Assembly: GCA_020536535.1 (NCBI GenBank) | Contig: JAHLWZ010000041.1 | Coordinates: 7,839-71,838 of the forward strand | DNA: 64,000 nt | DNA from: Pelomyxa schiedti | Lineage: Eukaryota; Protista; Evosea | Direction of reading: 5' to 3' | In this document: positions 11,807 to 23,959 of the stretch, in pieces | How positions within the stretch are numbered: the first letter of the stretch is position 1 | Layout: every line of letters starts with the position of its first letter | Notes under the pieces: model-generated | Seen by the model: only the letters and a program-made list of their open reading frames with translations | Database searches by the model: none | What the model was told of the DNA's origin: nothing | Translations under genes and position numbers: made by a program

Positions 11807-14800
11807 CTAGCACCTCACATAGAAAAGTAGATAAGCATCGGCTGCTGATGCGTTGGCACCGGAAGAAACGTGGGTGTCGCTGAAGTGATGCCAGTCTCCT
11901 TCATCCACAGACACAGTGGCTGTGTAGTGGCCTCCAGTCATGGATCCATGGTGTTCAACAATTCCGTATCTGTGGGGTGTGTGAACAAAGTCAATAACAG
12001 GAGAGATACACACAATCTGTATGTGGTGGATCCCGTGACGGACTCCAAACAATAGGGAGATAAGTCCAATGTCATCGGGTAGCTGACGAAATCATTTATT
12101 TTACTGAGCCGGCCACTAGGACTTTGCATGAATCGTTTTACGTGAATAATTAAAACCTATATCTGTGGTGAAAATAAAAGCACCAGAATTTCTGAATACC
12201 GGAGGTAGCTCTTGCAAGATAAACTGCTTAGTAGCAATTACGAGTGTACCCTTGGGAGGAATTAAAACGGTCAAACGTGAAGTGTGCCACGTTAACCTTC
12301 TTGCTACCTTGAGCTTCGGAGCACTTTTTACATTGGAATTTGTTAGAACCACTCAAAATTTCGGGATCTAGTTTGAAGTCAGTGTAAATTTTCCGATTAA
12401 CAAAAGAAACGGAAAAGGAGTGGAACAAATGATACCCGTGAAAGATTTTAGGCATCCCTCCAAACTGTAGCCAGGTCTTTGTGGTGGCGCAGCCCGGCGT
12501 AAATCGTATTTTAACCGTGGAGTGGTGGATGTGGGTTGTGCTGCTGCTGAACTTGTACAAGGTGGTGTGGCTGTAGTCTGTGATACTGAAGATGTGATGG
12601 ACTCTGCTCCAGGAATGGATTGGGGTGGTGGAATTGTGGTGTTGGTTGAGGTTTCATCTTCAAGTGAAGAAGCGACAACCGATGCTGTCCCCTCACTTGT
12701 AACAGTCCCAGTAGTATGTAGGGCAGTGAAAGTGGTTTCTGAGGGAATCGAAGAGCACGAGGCACTTGGTTCGGAAATTGCCACTTGCGCGGGTGGGTCT
12801 GTTTTTATAGACTCGATAGAAGAATCACGAGCAGTCTCGAGAGAAGCATCACGAGCAGTTTCCGTGGGTGGTGTATCTTGTTGTGCAGTGTTGGGTGATG
12901 TATTTTGCAGTATCTGATTCGTAGGGTTATCTGGATTGGAGGATTGAATATCTTGTCCTTCTTGCGCCTTGATATTCAGTGAAGCCACCGTTGGTGAGGA
13001 ATCCTCGGGTGCTACTCCTTTCTCTAAATCACTGGCAGTGTCAGGTTGCTTTCCATTTGTGTTTGATTGTTCGGCTGTGTCTTGCGTAGCTTCTGTTGTT
13101 TCAGTGGTTGTACTTGTTGTTTCACTGACTTCTTCCTCTTTTTTGGAGTTCGATTCTGCATCGGAATCGGAGGAAGTTGTCTGCTTGTGAGTTTGTTTCT
13201 GCTTCAATGTTAATGCGGTTGCAAAATTTTATTTATCAATACCCTGCCTCGCTGCTTCATCATTTTTTTCAATTTCTGGAACTCAGTGAATTACACTACT
13301 TTATTTCATGCTAAATAAATACATGTTTACTTTGACGTCTGGCTGCCCGATTATTAGGGTAGGGTGGGTCCTCAGAAATGGCCTGCTGCTGAGTTCGTTC
13401 GAATTGCTTTTTCTTCTGAAACAAAATGTTACAGACAGATCAACTTGTACATCCCTCACCTCTTTTTTACTTAAATTGTACGTTTGCTCCTCTTCTCGGT
13501 GCGGGATTGGAATGGGTAAAGAGAGGTCAAGAAAGGCATCTTTAGTGAGTGAAACCTATTTTCATCAGGGGTAGAAAAAGAAGGGATGAAATACCGTGTT
13601 ACATATATGGCAGGTCACAGCACTGGCAAGAAATCCACCGAACACCTCATCAACAAATGTGCGTGGGGGAGGTTGTGGAGGTTCCTTGGGAGTGGATGAC
13701 TTTGCAGACGCACCGCCACGCTTAGTGTTAACAGGTTGGGGATCACTCTGTGGTATCCCCCTAATTCTGCAAATCTCTTCTCTCGCAATTCCATCAAGAA
13801 GATAGTGCAATAGCTAGAAATGGAGTAAGTTAAAGCGAAAAAAAAAAAGGAAAACCTCGTGGGAGTCTTGTTGTTGAAATCCCCTAAACCTCGGTGCACT
13901 AAAAAAACAGTGTCATTGCAGAATAAAGAAAATGAACAACTTGTACCGCTTGCAAATATTTGAGAACAGTGCTCCAGGAGAGAAGGTAGACCCACTGCCA
14001 TTCCACATTGTGGCAAGGAAGTCAGCAAGGGACATTGTTAGAGGACCTTGCATTGGTGGGGTGTGGATATCTGTTCCTGCAACCGATCCAACGAACAATT
14101 TCACAAGAGGCAGAGTATGGGCTAAGTTCTGAGTCGTTTAGAGTGAGTATCTAGCAGTGAAAAAAGGCGAAGTGCACACTTGCATTACAGCATTGAAAAA
14201 ACATGTGTTTCCCATGTTTGACAGGCCTTTGACACCAATCAACGTTTTTCTTGTTGGAGCGTCGCTTCCATGTTTAGATGTAATCTTAGACTTCGACGAA
14301 GATGAAGAAGCCGGAGATGAAGTAGATGGGTCTCTCTTTGGTTTTGGAGAAGCTGCACTAGTTCCACCACTTGGCTTTCCTTTGGTAAACGAAGCTAATA
14401 CTGCCAAACAGTCATTAAGTTGTACAGCACTATCAGCAGGTATATATGCGTCACATGCGTAGCACCTCAGTGTAGTAGTTAGTGATTTGACGCGTTCAGA
14501 GCAGTTGTACCAGCACTCAAAGGTCGTGTTATTTACAACAATACTGTGTTTCTTTTGATCATTGTAGTGATCTTCTGCATGCGCATCTGCATTTCGTCCA
14601 CAGCCTACATGCCCACAGCACAAACAAATCCAGAGTGGCTTTGTGAGGGAGTCAGTTTCTGAACCAGAATGAAACAGTAGAGATATAGTACTTGTTCATC
14701 TTTGGGCAATTTTCTGTGAGCTTTTTGGCAATCCTGTGTTTGGATGTCAGAGGCAAACTCTAAATAGCTGAGTGAATACCAAGCATTTGTAAGGTGAGTT

Positions 14801-15163
14801 AAACAAGAAGTACTGCTTCACGTTATTGGCGATTGCAAACTTTCTAGTAGAGCTCGCTTAGGAATGGAGGTCCCGAAGTGGGGAAATTAATAGTATTTCT
14901 ACGCTTCTTCGCGATTCTCACATGTGAGGGCAAGCATCGCCGTCCTGCGGCTGAACAACTGCCGATGCGTTTTCTGTGGGCGACGTTTCGGCACTTGCAC
15001 CGTCGCAGTTCGTGTTAGTTGTTTCCGTGTCGGGAGTAACCGCGGGCAGAGATGAGACCGTGAGCGACGGAGGAGGTGCTTTCCGCCGTTGATTATTGGC
15101 GTTGTTATGACCACCACTCTTGTTGTTGAAAGATCTAGAGATCCTAGGTGTGTTACGACCCAT
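11807..15163 (-). CDS. Ubiquitin-specific protease with ZnF-UBP domain (USP16/USP45-like)
   Basis: ZnF-UBP LWICLCCGHVGCGRNADAHAEDHY...CWY..CYACD. Cys box GLSNMGNTCFFNAVMQ. VDEVFGGFLASAVTCHICN. His box YGIVEHHGSMTGGHYTA..WHHFSDTHV..AYLLFYVRC* ends at 11807. A long S/T/P-rich insertion lies at 12.5-13.2 kb. Confidence 0.93.
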
Positions 15164-15240
15164 GTGCCAACCCACAACACTTAAATACGAAATTGGATTA
15201 CGCTTTTCCGAAAAAAAAACAAAAGGGGTGTATCCCGCGG

Positions 15241-17095
15241 GATACACCAGACTTGGAACCAGAATCAGAGGAAGAATCGGAACCCACTGAAGAGGGGGAA
15301 GGGAGGGTCACAGCATGGTGTCACCATAATAATGACTGCACCTCGCTGCTGCTGTTTCTGGTTGCTTGTGGTTGTTGCTGCGACATCACTGGGCGATGGG
15401 TATTTGAGGTCCTTGCTGTTTATTGTTGGGGGGTCCTGAATTGGAGGTTGGTTCTGGGCCGGTATTATTGTTGCGGTTCCAGGACAAAGTTATAGACGTG
15501 GTCCACGTGGGTGATGTGTGGTTCACAAAGGGTGGTTGGGAGGTACCATCCCCTGTTGGTAGTGATGGTGTGTGGTGATTGCAGGGACTGCTGCGGTTGC
15601 ATTTGTTGGACACTGAGATCTAGTATTGGGTGATCGGGTGTGATTTCGAGAACTGACTCTATTTTGGGCTCTGTCGTTGACTTGCTCTTAATAATAATAA
15701 CCATTGGAATGGCTTTGGAGACGGGCATCTGTTGTGTTGTATTAGTAAACTGATCCAGCTGTGAGAGTGGTAGCACACTTCCAAATGCATTGGACAGTAG
15801 CCGGAGCAGTGCCACGTCCATTGTAGTACGCAAGAACACTGTCACCCGCTGTAGGTCGTTCAGTGAGCACTGCTGTCCAGTTTACATTAGAATTGTAGAA
15901 TTCGGCCCAAAGCAAATAGAATGATGCTCGGCGTACTGTTGTTTTCGTTAGCTTGCATTCCTTTTACGTTTCAATTGCAGCCGCAGTGATGCCGAGCCTC
16001 TGTTTTGTCACACGAATGTGAAGCGGCTGTGAAAAATGTCTGAGTGATGTTGAAAGAGTAACACCCATTGGAACGCGGTATTCACGTATAAACCACTCCG
16101 CACATTTTGTTTTGCCACTTGCCATCAAAGAGTTCAGCAGTTCTTCGCCTATATACCTCACCTGATGCCCACTCAAGTGAAAGTGATGAATGAAGCACTT
16201 GATGACTTTTCCAGAGAGGATTGACGGAGCGAGTTGTAAACCTTTTACAATATCTTCTGAAGATAACCCGCAATTTGAAAACTGAAGCTTCGCCTTGGAA
16301 ATATTTTCGTAGGTGCCGGCATACCTAATGTCCTCTGACGTGATGGGTATTGTGAACATTTTTCGCAAAGCCAAGGAGGAACAACAACAAGTGAGTGGAA
16401 CGAATGCAAAACTGGTGCCTCCTATGGGTCTTGTTGTTCCTGTTTCTCATAATGTTCCTCCGCTTCTGCTTCCTGTTCATGTTCCTCATGTTCTTCTTCC
16501 TCTGGGAATCATCTGGTGCTGCGGGTGTTCATCATCGGGCCTGATAACCCCACACTCGCGCAGTGCTTGTATAAGAGCCGGAATACTTGGTCCCTTGATG
16601 CCCGAGGGCACGCTGTACATGCCAGTTTCCGGTGTGAAGTGAACTCTGTTGTTCAATTAGTTGTGGGTGAAAAGGGGGGATCACAACATACCTGTCTTTA
16701 CCAACTGCTTGTGACAGTCTGATACACCAGACTTGGAACCATAATCAGAATCAGAATCAGAAGAAGAAGAAGCGGAAGGAAGGGTCACAACATGTTATCA
16801 CCATGGTGACTGCACCTGTTGATGAGATGACATCACTGGGCGATAGGAATTTGAGGTTCTTTTTGTGGTGCTTGCAGGACGCTGAGAAGGAGTATTTATT
16901 GGGGTATCGGATCCTAGTTTGGGCTCGGGTAGTTGATTTGCTCTTAAAAATAATAACCATTGGATCCAATGGCTTTGGAGATGCGGGCATCTGTTGTTGC
17001 TTAATTAGTAAAATGCTCACTCAGCTGCGAGAATGATCACTGTCACTTCCAAAATGCATCCATCCATCGTACAACCAGCAGTGCCCCGGCAAAGG
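15241..17095. repeat. Imperfect tandem duplication with offset ~1480 bp: copy A ~15241-15820, copy B ~16721-17095
   Basis: gatacaccagacttggaacc at both 15241 and 16721. Further shared blocks: agggtcaca..atg..tcaccat..gactgcacct, gacatcactgggcgat, taataaccattgg..atggctttggaga..gggcatctgttg and cagctg(t/c)gaga. Copy B is shorter and has indels. Confidence 0.85.
15250..16700 (-). CDS. Ankyrin-like repeat family protein of unknown function, possibly degenerate; exon structure unresolved
   Basis: ORF 15964..16374 contains helical repeat text ELLNSLMASGKTKCAEWFIREYRV and VIKCFIHHFHL. Flanking frames contain stops. Confidence 0.4.
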
Positions 17096-17401
17096 GATGA
17101 AAAAAAAAAACTTGGTGGTCTTGGATTTCCCACTCTTCTTCGATGGTGGTTCTAACATGTTCCCAAAGTTCGCGTTCACGTGACACGACATCACTCCCAC
17201 AAGTGCATAATCACGAACAGACACGGCGGCAAACGTAACGCACGTCACGCGGTCGAGCTTCCTTCGAACACAGACGTGACGTTTCCTTCCTTTTTTTTTT
17301 TTGATGGGGAAGATGTGATGAAAGAACGGATCGCAGTTCTGGTGTTTTTTTTTTATTCAGAAGAGAGCTCTTTTTTTTTTGTTTTAGGCTGTTTATTTTT
17401 T

Positions 17402-20400
17402 TTATGGTTGCTCTACTTTGGGAACAACTATCCTGGTGAGTTGCATGGGGTTATTGTATGTGATCCTGGTGCATGGGGAGCCAAGTATCTGCTCCCCCAT
17501 CAACTTCCTCATCAACTCGATTGGAGATACCCCTTGATAGGAGAACCCTTTATGTTTGTAGACATATTCTTTTTGTTCTCGGCCGTTATCCCTGGTGCGA
17601 ATTCTGTTTGTTTTGTGCATAGTTAGTTTGGAAGGAAGTTTGGTTGGGTTTGAGCGAGACTGTGGGTGACACTTGTGCTGTGTGGGTGCAGGTTCTTCTC
17701 ATAAATAAGAATATAGATCACAGAATACATACCTCTTGTACGAAACTCTGCCTTTTTGCCGAACGCAGAACTGAAGTCCTCTTTTTTTGTTACGGCCAAG
17801 TCCGCTTTCGTCTTTCGTCTGCTTTATCCTCACGATGAATTCCTTTTCTTCTCTGAGAATATCCTCACAATCCTGGTCTGTGGCAAACGGGAGGAACCAA
17901 TGTTCTCTTGTCCAGTTGTTCATCTGTGGTGGTGTGAATGAGCTAATGTGTTTGGGTTTTTGGTGGTTGCATACGTCAGTGAGAAGCGATTTCTGAGACA
18001 TGAATCCAAATCCCAAATATCTGAGTAATCTCCTGCAGCGAGTTGTTGTGACCGTATCGGTTGTGTCATCTGCGTGATATCACGATTAAATGTTAGAATA
18101 GAATAGAATAGAATAGAACAGAACAGAACGAAAGGAAAATTTTGAACTGAGTATGCTGGGTTAAGACAAAAATGTTTCATCATCATACCACAAGCTAACT
18201 TTTTGATGCCCGGGAGATATTCACGGCTATCTTCGGCAACAGCGGCCACGAATTCGTCCCATTGCACAGTCTCCTTGGCGCCGAAATTTGAAAACCACCA
18301 CTGGGTGACTTCCGTATCTTTGAGCTGCAGTCCTATCCTTATCCTTGTCAAGGTCTCAATTACTTCTTTGATCGATGGTCTCTGCAAGAGGAGAGAAAGT
18401 GAGTAAGTACAGAAGGAACACGGGAGAGCCAGAAGATTGAGAAGGAGGTGGGTTGGGAGGGAAAGAACAAGAGTGTTGATTCAAAACAAGTGGCGGCACA
18501 CCGAGGTTGGGTTCGAGTCCCACATCCTGGTTATCAGATCCCTCTTTAGCAATTTTAATGGGTTAAGAAGAAGTGCGCAATCACGCCATACCAATCCAGG
18601 GTGCATGGTGGGTGGAAGGCCAGGCCTGTCGCCATTCACACAGACACTTTGATACAATTCAATACGGTCATCCCAACCTCTGTCCTTGTGAAACTGCTCT
18701 TGGCCTGTGAATAACTCGCCGAATGTAAGCCCCAACGAGTAACTAATCAGTGAATATTAGCCACCCGCATCACTCCCTCCACTCTCATCACGTACACATC
18801 CGCAGCCGTCGAAGCAGTGTGTTCCGCATAAAAGAACTGTCCAGATTCGTCCACAAAATGTTCGGCTATTGCCACCTGCTCGAGCAATTCAGGCGCGAAG
18901 TACCGCACTGGAATGGGGAAAGAAAGGAGTGAAATAAGAAAGGCAAAAAAAAAAGTAAAAGGTGTGGCAAAAAGTTTACCATCTCCCATAACATCTTCAT
19001 TCTCAAGGCTGGTTTTCCCTGGTGGGAGCTTGCAGCAACATCCGAAATCGCACATCTGGGGATGAAAGAGAGTGGCATTTTCTATGTGAGTTTCGAAAAG
19101 TCGTGAAGGAAAAGCTCACGGCCAGGCACACACCTTTATTTTGAATCCTTCTTCCAGCAAGAAGTTTTGGGGCTTGATATCACTGTTATTGGGAGCGTGA
19201 GTGGAGCTTGAATATGGCAACGAGTTCTACCGGTGAATTACACCGAGGGTCCCATGAAGAAGAGCAATTGGACGGGCCATCTGTGTGGCCAGCTGCAGGT
19301 TGATTTTCATATGCAAGCCGTCGCCAATGAACTTCCTCAGGCAGGATGGCACGTGCCGTGGGTCCTGAATGACCTTACCCAAGTCGGTGCACGACTTTGG
19401 CATTACAAGTTGTACTGTGTAAGTTGAATTGCTGCCTTCCTCGGGGAAAACATGAGCTCCTGAGAACGGGAAGAACGGTAAGTAAATGAAGACTTCAGCA
19501 GTCATTATGTGAGAGCACAGCACAAAACATGTGCTTTAGAAATAATGATAATATCTCTTAATAATATTCCAGCTATAAGAAAATATTTACCCATCAGTCT
19601 CACGATATTCTCATGGCCACAAGACCTGCAAAAAAAAAAAAAAGATGATGAAGTGAGAAAACACACATATTTTTGAAAACCAAGCACAACAGCACAGCAA
19701 ACGCAAAAGGGTTGAAGTGAGGGACATTACTGCAGTATCAAGGCGTCCCTCTCCAGGAGCTTCGTCGGGTCCGCAACTTTTTCGATCTGTTTTACAGCAA
19801 CATGACCTGCTCCACCCAGGTGGATTCCTTTTTTTGTTCATGGTTACACTAGAAGGTGGACTCTGAGAGATCAAAAAGTTACCTGCAAACACTTTACCAA
19901 AGTAGCCCTTACCAAAGGGTTTCTCCTGGAGCTCGAGTTCACTGGGTTTGATTTCCTGCAGGGTCATCAACTGCTTCATCTTGTGCTGTTTTTCTAGCCA
20001 CGTCTCCTTCTCTTTCCTGTTCTGGTCACTCTCGCTCTCTCTGCTCTCGCTCTCGCTGCTCTCGCTCTCGCTATGGATACGGCTACTACCAATATCCTCC
20101 TGAGACTCAAAACCATCATGTGTGTCTGGAAAACCTCTGTATATGTCTCTCTCTGCGCAGGTAGTTACCCGGGGCCTCTTCACCTGACTACTACGGCCAG
20201 CCCCAGCACCACCACCACCATGGTAGTAATAGGATACATCCCTCCCCGTCCTCACCCTCCTCCTCGTCCTTCCGCGACCATGGAAACCACTACTTGTACT
20301 TGGTGATCTGCTCCTTGAGTGTGGGCTACTGCCCCTGCTCTCACTCGTTCTGCCGCCTGTGGTAGACCTGCGATTCATCGAATCTGCACAACTAGAAGAC

Positions 20401-21505
20401 CTCGTCTTGCTCCTGCTCCTGCTCCTGCTCCTGCTGTTTCTCCCTCTCGTTTGCAAGGTAACAGGCAAATGTGCGGTCGAGGAGGCCTCAGAAGCAGTCT
20501 TCGCGGCGGAGTGGTGCCGGGGAGGTTTCGCAAGCAGCTGTTGCTCAAAGTAAGGTTCCACGTTTGCCGCCGCACCCAATGTGCGCTCAGTACTTCTTCT
20601 TTCATCAGAGTTATCGTAAGTTTTCGTGCTGCTGGCGCTGCCTTGATGATGAATGATGGTGCCACCACCATACCCCTTTGTGGTTGCTGTTGTTGCACTT
20701 GAAGAAGAAGAAGAACTGCTGCATGCGTAATGGAAGCCGCCCTTGTTGTTGTAGTTGTGGCTGTTGGCTGCAACGTCATTGGGGGGGATTATCAGCACAC
20801 CGTTTTCAGAACGCCATTTGGATGTTGGAGCGGGGGTTGGTGTTCTAGGTTTATTGGTTGCAACTGCTGTGATTGTTGTTGTTGTTGTGGTTTTCGGTTT
20901 CGCTCTCGGTGGTTTGCAGTGCAACTTGCTTGGGTTTTTCCTTACTGGACCCTTGCCCTGATGCTTATAGGCGTATGCGGAGCTCATTTCGTTGAGCACT
21001 TGAGTGGGGGTTTTGAGGGGGAGGAGCGATTTGCCATCGCGTTGCCGTTGGTGATCTTGGAGCTGGGATATAGAGAGCCAGGCAATGTGCTTGCCTAAGT
21101 TTTTGAGGAAGGGTGGGCTGGAGGCAGCCTTGCGCTGCGCCGCAGCTGATTTGAACAGTACCATGGTCACGTCTCCATCGCTTTTCCAGCGGTCTCTGTT
21201 GTTGTGGTTGGTTTGTTGTGTTGGTTTGTGTTGAAAGAGAGGGAGGAGAGCAAGTTGGTTTTTGTGCGAGACGAGAGAACAATCAAATCTGAATAAGTAA
21301 ATAAATTGGTCTGTGGGTTTGTGCGGGGGGCACACATTCCGGGCGCGGCTTCGTCGAGTTCCTTCCACTTCAAACCAGTCAACGAATCGGTGGTGTAGAG
21401 CGCGTGGCAGTCCGCCGACAAGAACACGCCCGACGACGAAGTCGTGGTCGTTGTCACAGTAGCACCAACACCGCTGTTGCTGTTGCTGTTGTTGTTGCTC
21501 GCCAT
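17402..21505 (-). CDS. TKL kinase with N-terminal divergent RRM-like domain, long low-complexity linker, EF/helical region, SH2 domain and Tyr tail (paralog A)
   Basis: EIKPSELELQEKPFGKGYFGKVFAG, VAVKQIEK, HENIVRLMG, VIHR|DIKPQNFL, MCDFGC, YFAPE, AADVY, LTFGELFTG, RMWDSNP, QRPSIKEV. SH2 WTREHWFLPFATDQDCEDIL..EFIVRI. Tail TYNNPMQLTRIVVPKVEQP* ends at 17402. Candidate ATG (MASNNN) at 21505. Confidence 0.85.
18093..18130. repeat. (ATAGA/ACAGA)n pentanucleotide microsatellite, intronic
   Basis: gaatagaatagaatagaatagaacagaacagaacg read directly. Confidence 0.8.
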
Positions 21506-22111
21506 ATTCACGTGTATATTTCTTTTCCCACTTCCTTTTTGTGCTTGTCGGTGGTGCGGCACCCTCCTCCGCGCGGTGAAAAAAAAAAAATTGCACGCAG
21601 CTATAATTTTTTTTCCTTTTCTTTTTTCAAAAACATTTGGCTGAGATACACAACTTACTGCACTGCAAAGCGTCAATCCCATTTCATCCTTCCAAACAAC
21701 CCCTTTTGTTTTGGCTACAACACCAAATTATTATATTAGCACAGGTTCTTTGCTTGGGTGATTCATTCAGCCCGCCGAAAACCGTGTGTACAGCACACAT
21801 CCGCACACAAGTAGGCATAATGTGGAAGAAGCTCTCCAGAAGATTGCCTGCCCAACCAGCTGGTCTACACACCTCTTAGAAGGTTCCTAATGAATGACAT
21901 TTGACATTTACAGCAGTGTGATTCTCAGCACACCCTCATAACTCTCTTACAACATGGAGCTCTCTCGTTGTTGGCAATAAGAGACCCACTCCAGCCAGCC
22001 ACTACGGCCGTTTTCTGTGCTTTTATAGAAAGGAATAAAAACCTCACACCACCACAGCTGCTGTTTGGAGCCAGGAAAAAAAAACAAAAAGAAAAAAACG
22101 GAACGGATTTA

Positions 22112-22850
22112 TTTTTGGAGAAAGTCTAGGAATAACCTGTGTCGGCACAATAACTCGGCTCGGGGGGTGTCTTGGGGGGTTGCGGTGCTGGGTTGGTTTC
22201 CCGCGGGTGGTTCTTCCTTCTCCTGCAAAAGTACAAGTTAGTGCTATATTCAAANNNNNNNNNNNNNNNNNNNNNNNNNNNNNNNNNNNNNNNNNNNNNN
22301 NNNNNNNNNNNNNNNNNNNNNNNNNNNNNNNNNNNNNNNNNNNNNNNNNNNNNNGTAATTTTTCAAAGTCAGAAAAGTACACACTTTAAAAGTTGGACCC
22401 ACACACCACAACCCCCCAAAACAACCTGTGTCGGCACAATAACTCGGCTCGGGGGGTGTCTTGGGGGGTTGCGGTGCTGGGTTGGTTTCCCGCGGGTGGT
22501 TCTTCCTTCTCCTGCAAAAGTACAAGTTAGTGCTATATTCAAAGTCGGAAAGCACACACTTTAAAAAAGTTCCAGGGTCCAATAATATCCAAGAGAGAAC
22601 AGAACCACAACCCCAATAACCCTGTGTCGGCACAATAACTCGGCTCGGGGGGTGTCTGGGGTTGTGGTTCTTCCTTCTCCTGCAAAAGTACAAGAAGTTA
22701 GTGTTGTAATTTTTCAAAGTCAGAAAAGTACACACTTTAAAAGTTGGACCCACACACCACAACCCCCCAAAACAACCTGTGTCGGCACAATAACTCGGCT
22801 CGGGGGGTGTCTTGGGGGGTTGCGGTTATTCCTGGAATTTTCTACCAAGT
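22112..22850. repeat. Tandem array with at least 4 copies of a 36-bp invariant core, internal hairpin arms and imperfect terminal inverted repeats; includes a 100-N assembly gap at 22255-22354
   Basis: Core cctgtgtcggcacaataactcggctcggggggtgtc at ~22136, ~22426, ~22622 and ~22776. Block gtaatttttcaaagtcagaaaagtacacactttaaaagttggaccc at 22355 and ~22706. Left end ttggagaaagtctaggaataacc vs reverse complement of the right end ttggtagaaaattccaggaataacc. Confidence 0.85.
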
Positions 22851-23959
22851 CTCGAATCTTCGCGCACAGAGGCACTATGTACCTTTGAAGCTGTTAGTGG
22901 TGCTATACAGTAAATTAGTGTGGATCGTTACCGTTGTATGTAATTCCGATTTGTCCGTAAAGTAGTTCGAGGTATAGCACGCAAATGAGAGTAATTTCTT
23001 AACATGGTGTGCGAAGCATGGTGAAAAACAGCAAGCAATAATTTTGACTGTGTTGCGATTTGAGGGCAGGGAGGAAAAAAAAAAAAAGAGCGCAAACAGG
23101 GGGACAAGCATACACTGCGTTTGTGGTGATTTGGTATCCTTCTTGCTCCCCATTGTCGGGGGTACTACGGTGGTCGTGGTCTTCGTACTTGTGCGTGCCG
23201 CTAGATCTTGATTTTTGGGTTTGTTTTGATTTGCTTTTTGCTTTTTTTTTTGGTTTTTCTTTTATGTGTGTTTAGAGCCGGAATTTACATTTTTTGGCAA
23301 CTCCGCCAGACATAAAAATATCATACGAGACAGAAATTATGTCAAGATCTGGAACGTGACGATGAGATCCGCAGCGAAGGGCCCAGTTGTTGTCCTCGTT
23401 GTTGTTGTGGCGGGTGATACACGCGCAGTGGGAGTGGGGCCCATCGTGAAACCAACCAACGTGATCGTGAGATCGAGATCGCTCGCGGTGCTCGCTCGTG
23501 CTTTGGATGGACAGTTTTGCCGCCATTTGACTACGACTGCGATGCTGCTGAAAGTGTGGAATCTGGTCTTTTTTCAGCGCGCACTACTTGCCCGTCGTCG
23601 TTGTGTGCCGGCGGAAGGAAGCGTGATATTGATGTGATGGGGGTTGCGTGATCACGTACGTGACTCAGGACACGCGAACTCGTAAGTGAAAGTACAAGGT
23701 AGTATCTCGCCCATCCATTATCTTTTATGGTCACTTGGTTGCACAGTTGTTGTGTTGTTGTCTAGTGCCGCGGGGCACTTCTGGCAGAAACCGTTGGTTC
23801 GTAGTGTGAGTTTTCCTTTTTTTTTGTGCTTATTGATTATTCAGAACTCCCAACTTGAAGCACACTCTATGGAGAATCTTCCTTCCCTTCAAGTAGTGTG
23901 TGTATTGTGGTATGTATTTCTTTTTCTTGAACCAACATACACCTTAGACTACTGTAGGA

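Noticed and set aside
19770-19790. Suspected frameshift after VAVKQIE in kinase paralog A
   Set aside because: Recounting gives five A's (GAA AAA GTT), so the frame is intact; the ORF track break is due to an intron.
20020-20440. (CTCTCG)n and (CTCCTG)n repeats as independent elements
   Set aside because: They encode ES and RS low-complexity runs inside the kinase linker.
22130-22830. Possible tRNA array of the Entamoeba type or CRISPR-like array
   Set aside because: I found no cloverleaf or A/B boxes in the unit, spacers are not unique, and there are no cas genes in a eukaryotic context.
22044-22888. ORFs across the repeat array and N gap
   Set aside because: They are translations of tandem repeats and Ns, with no domain signal.
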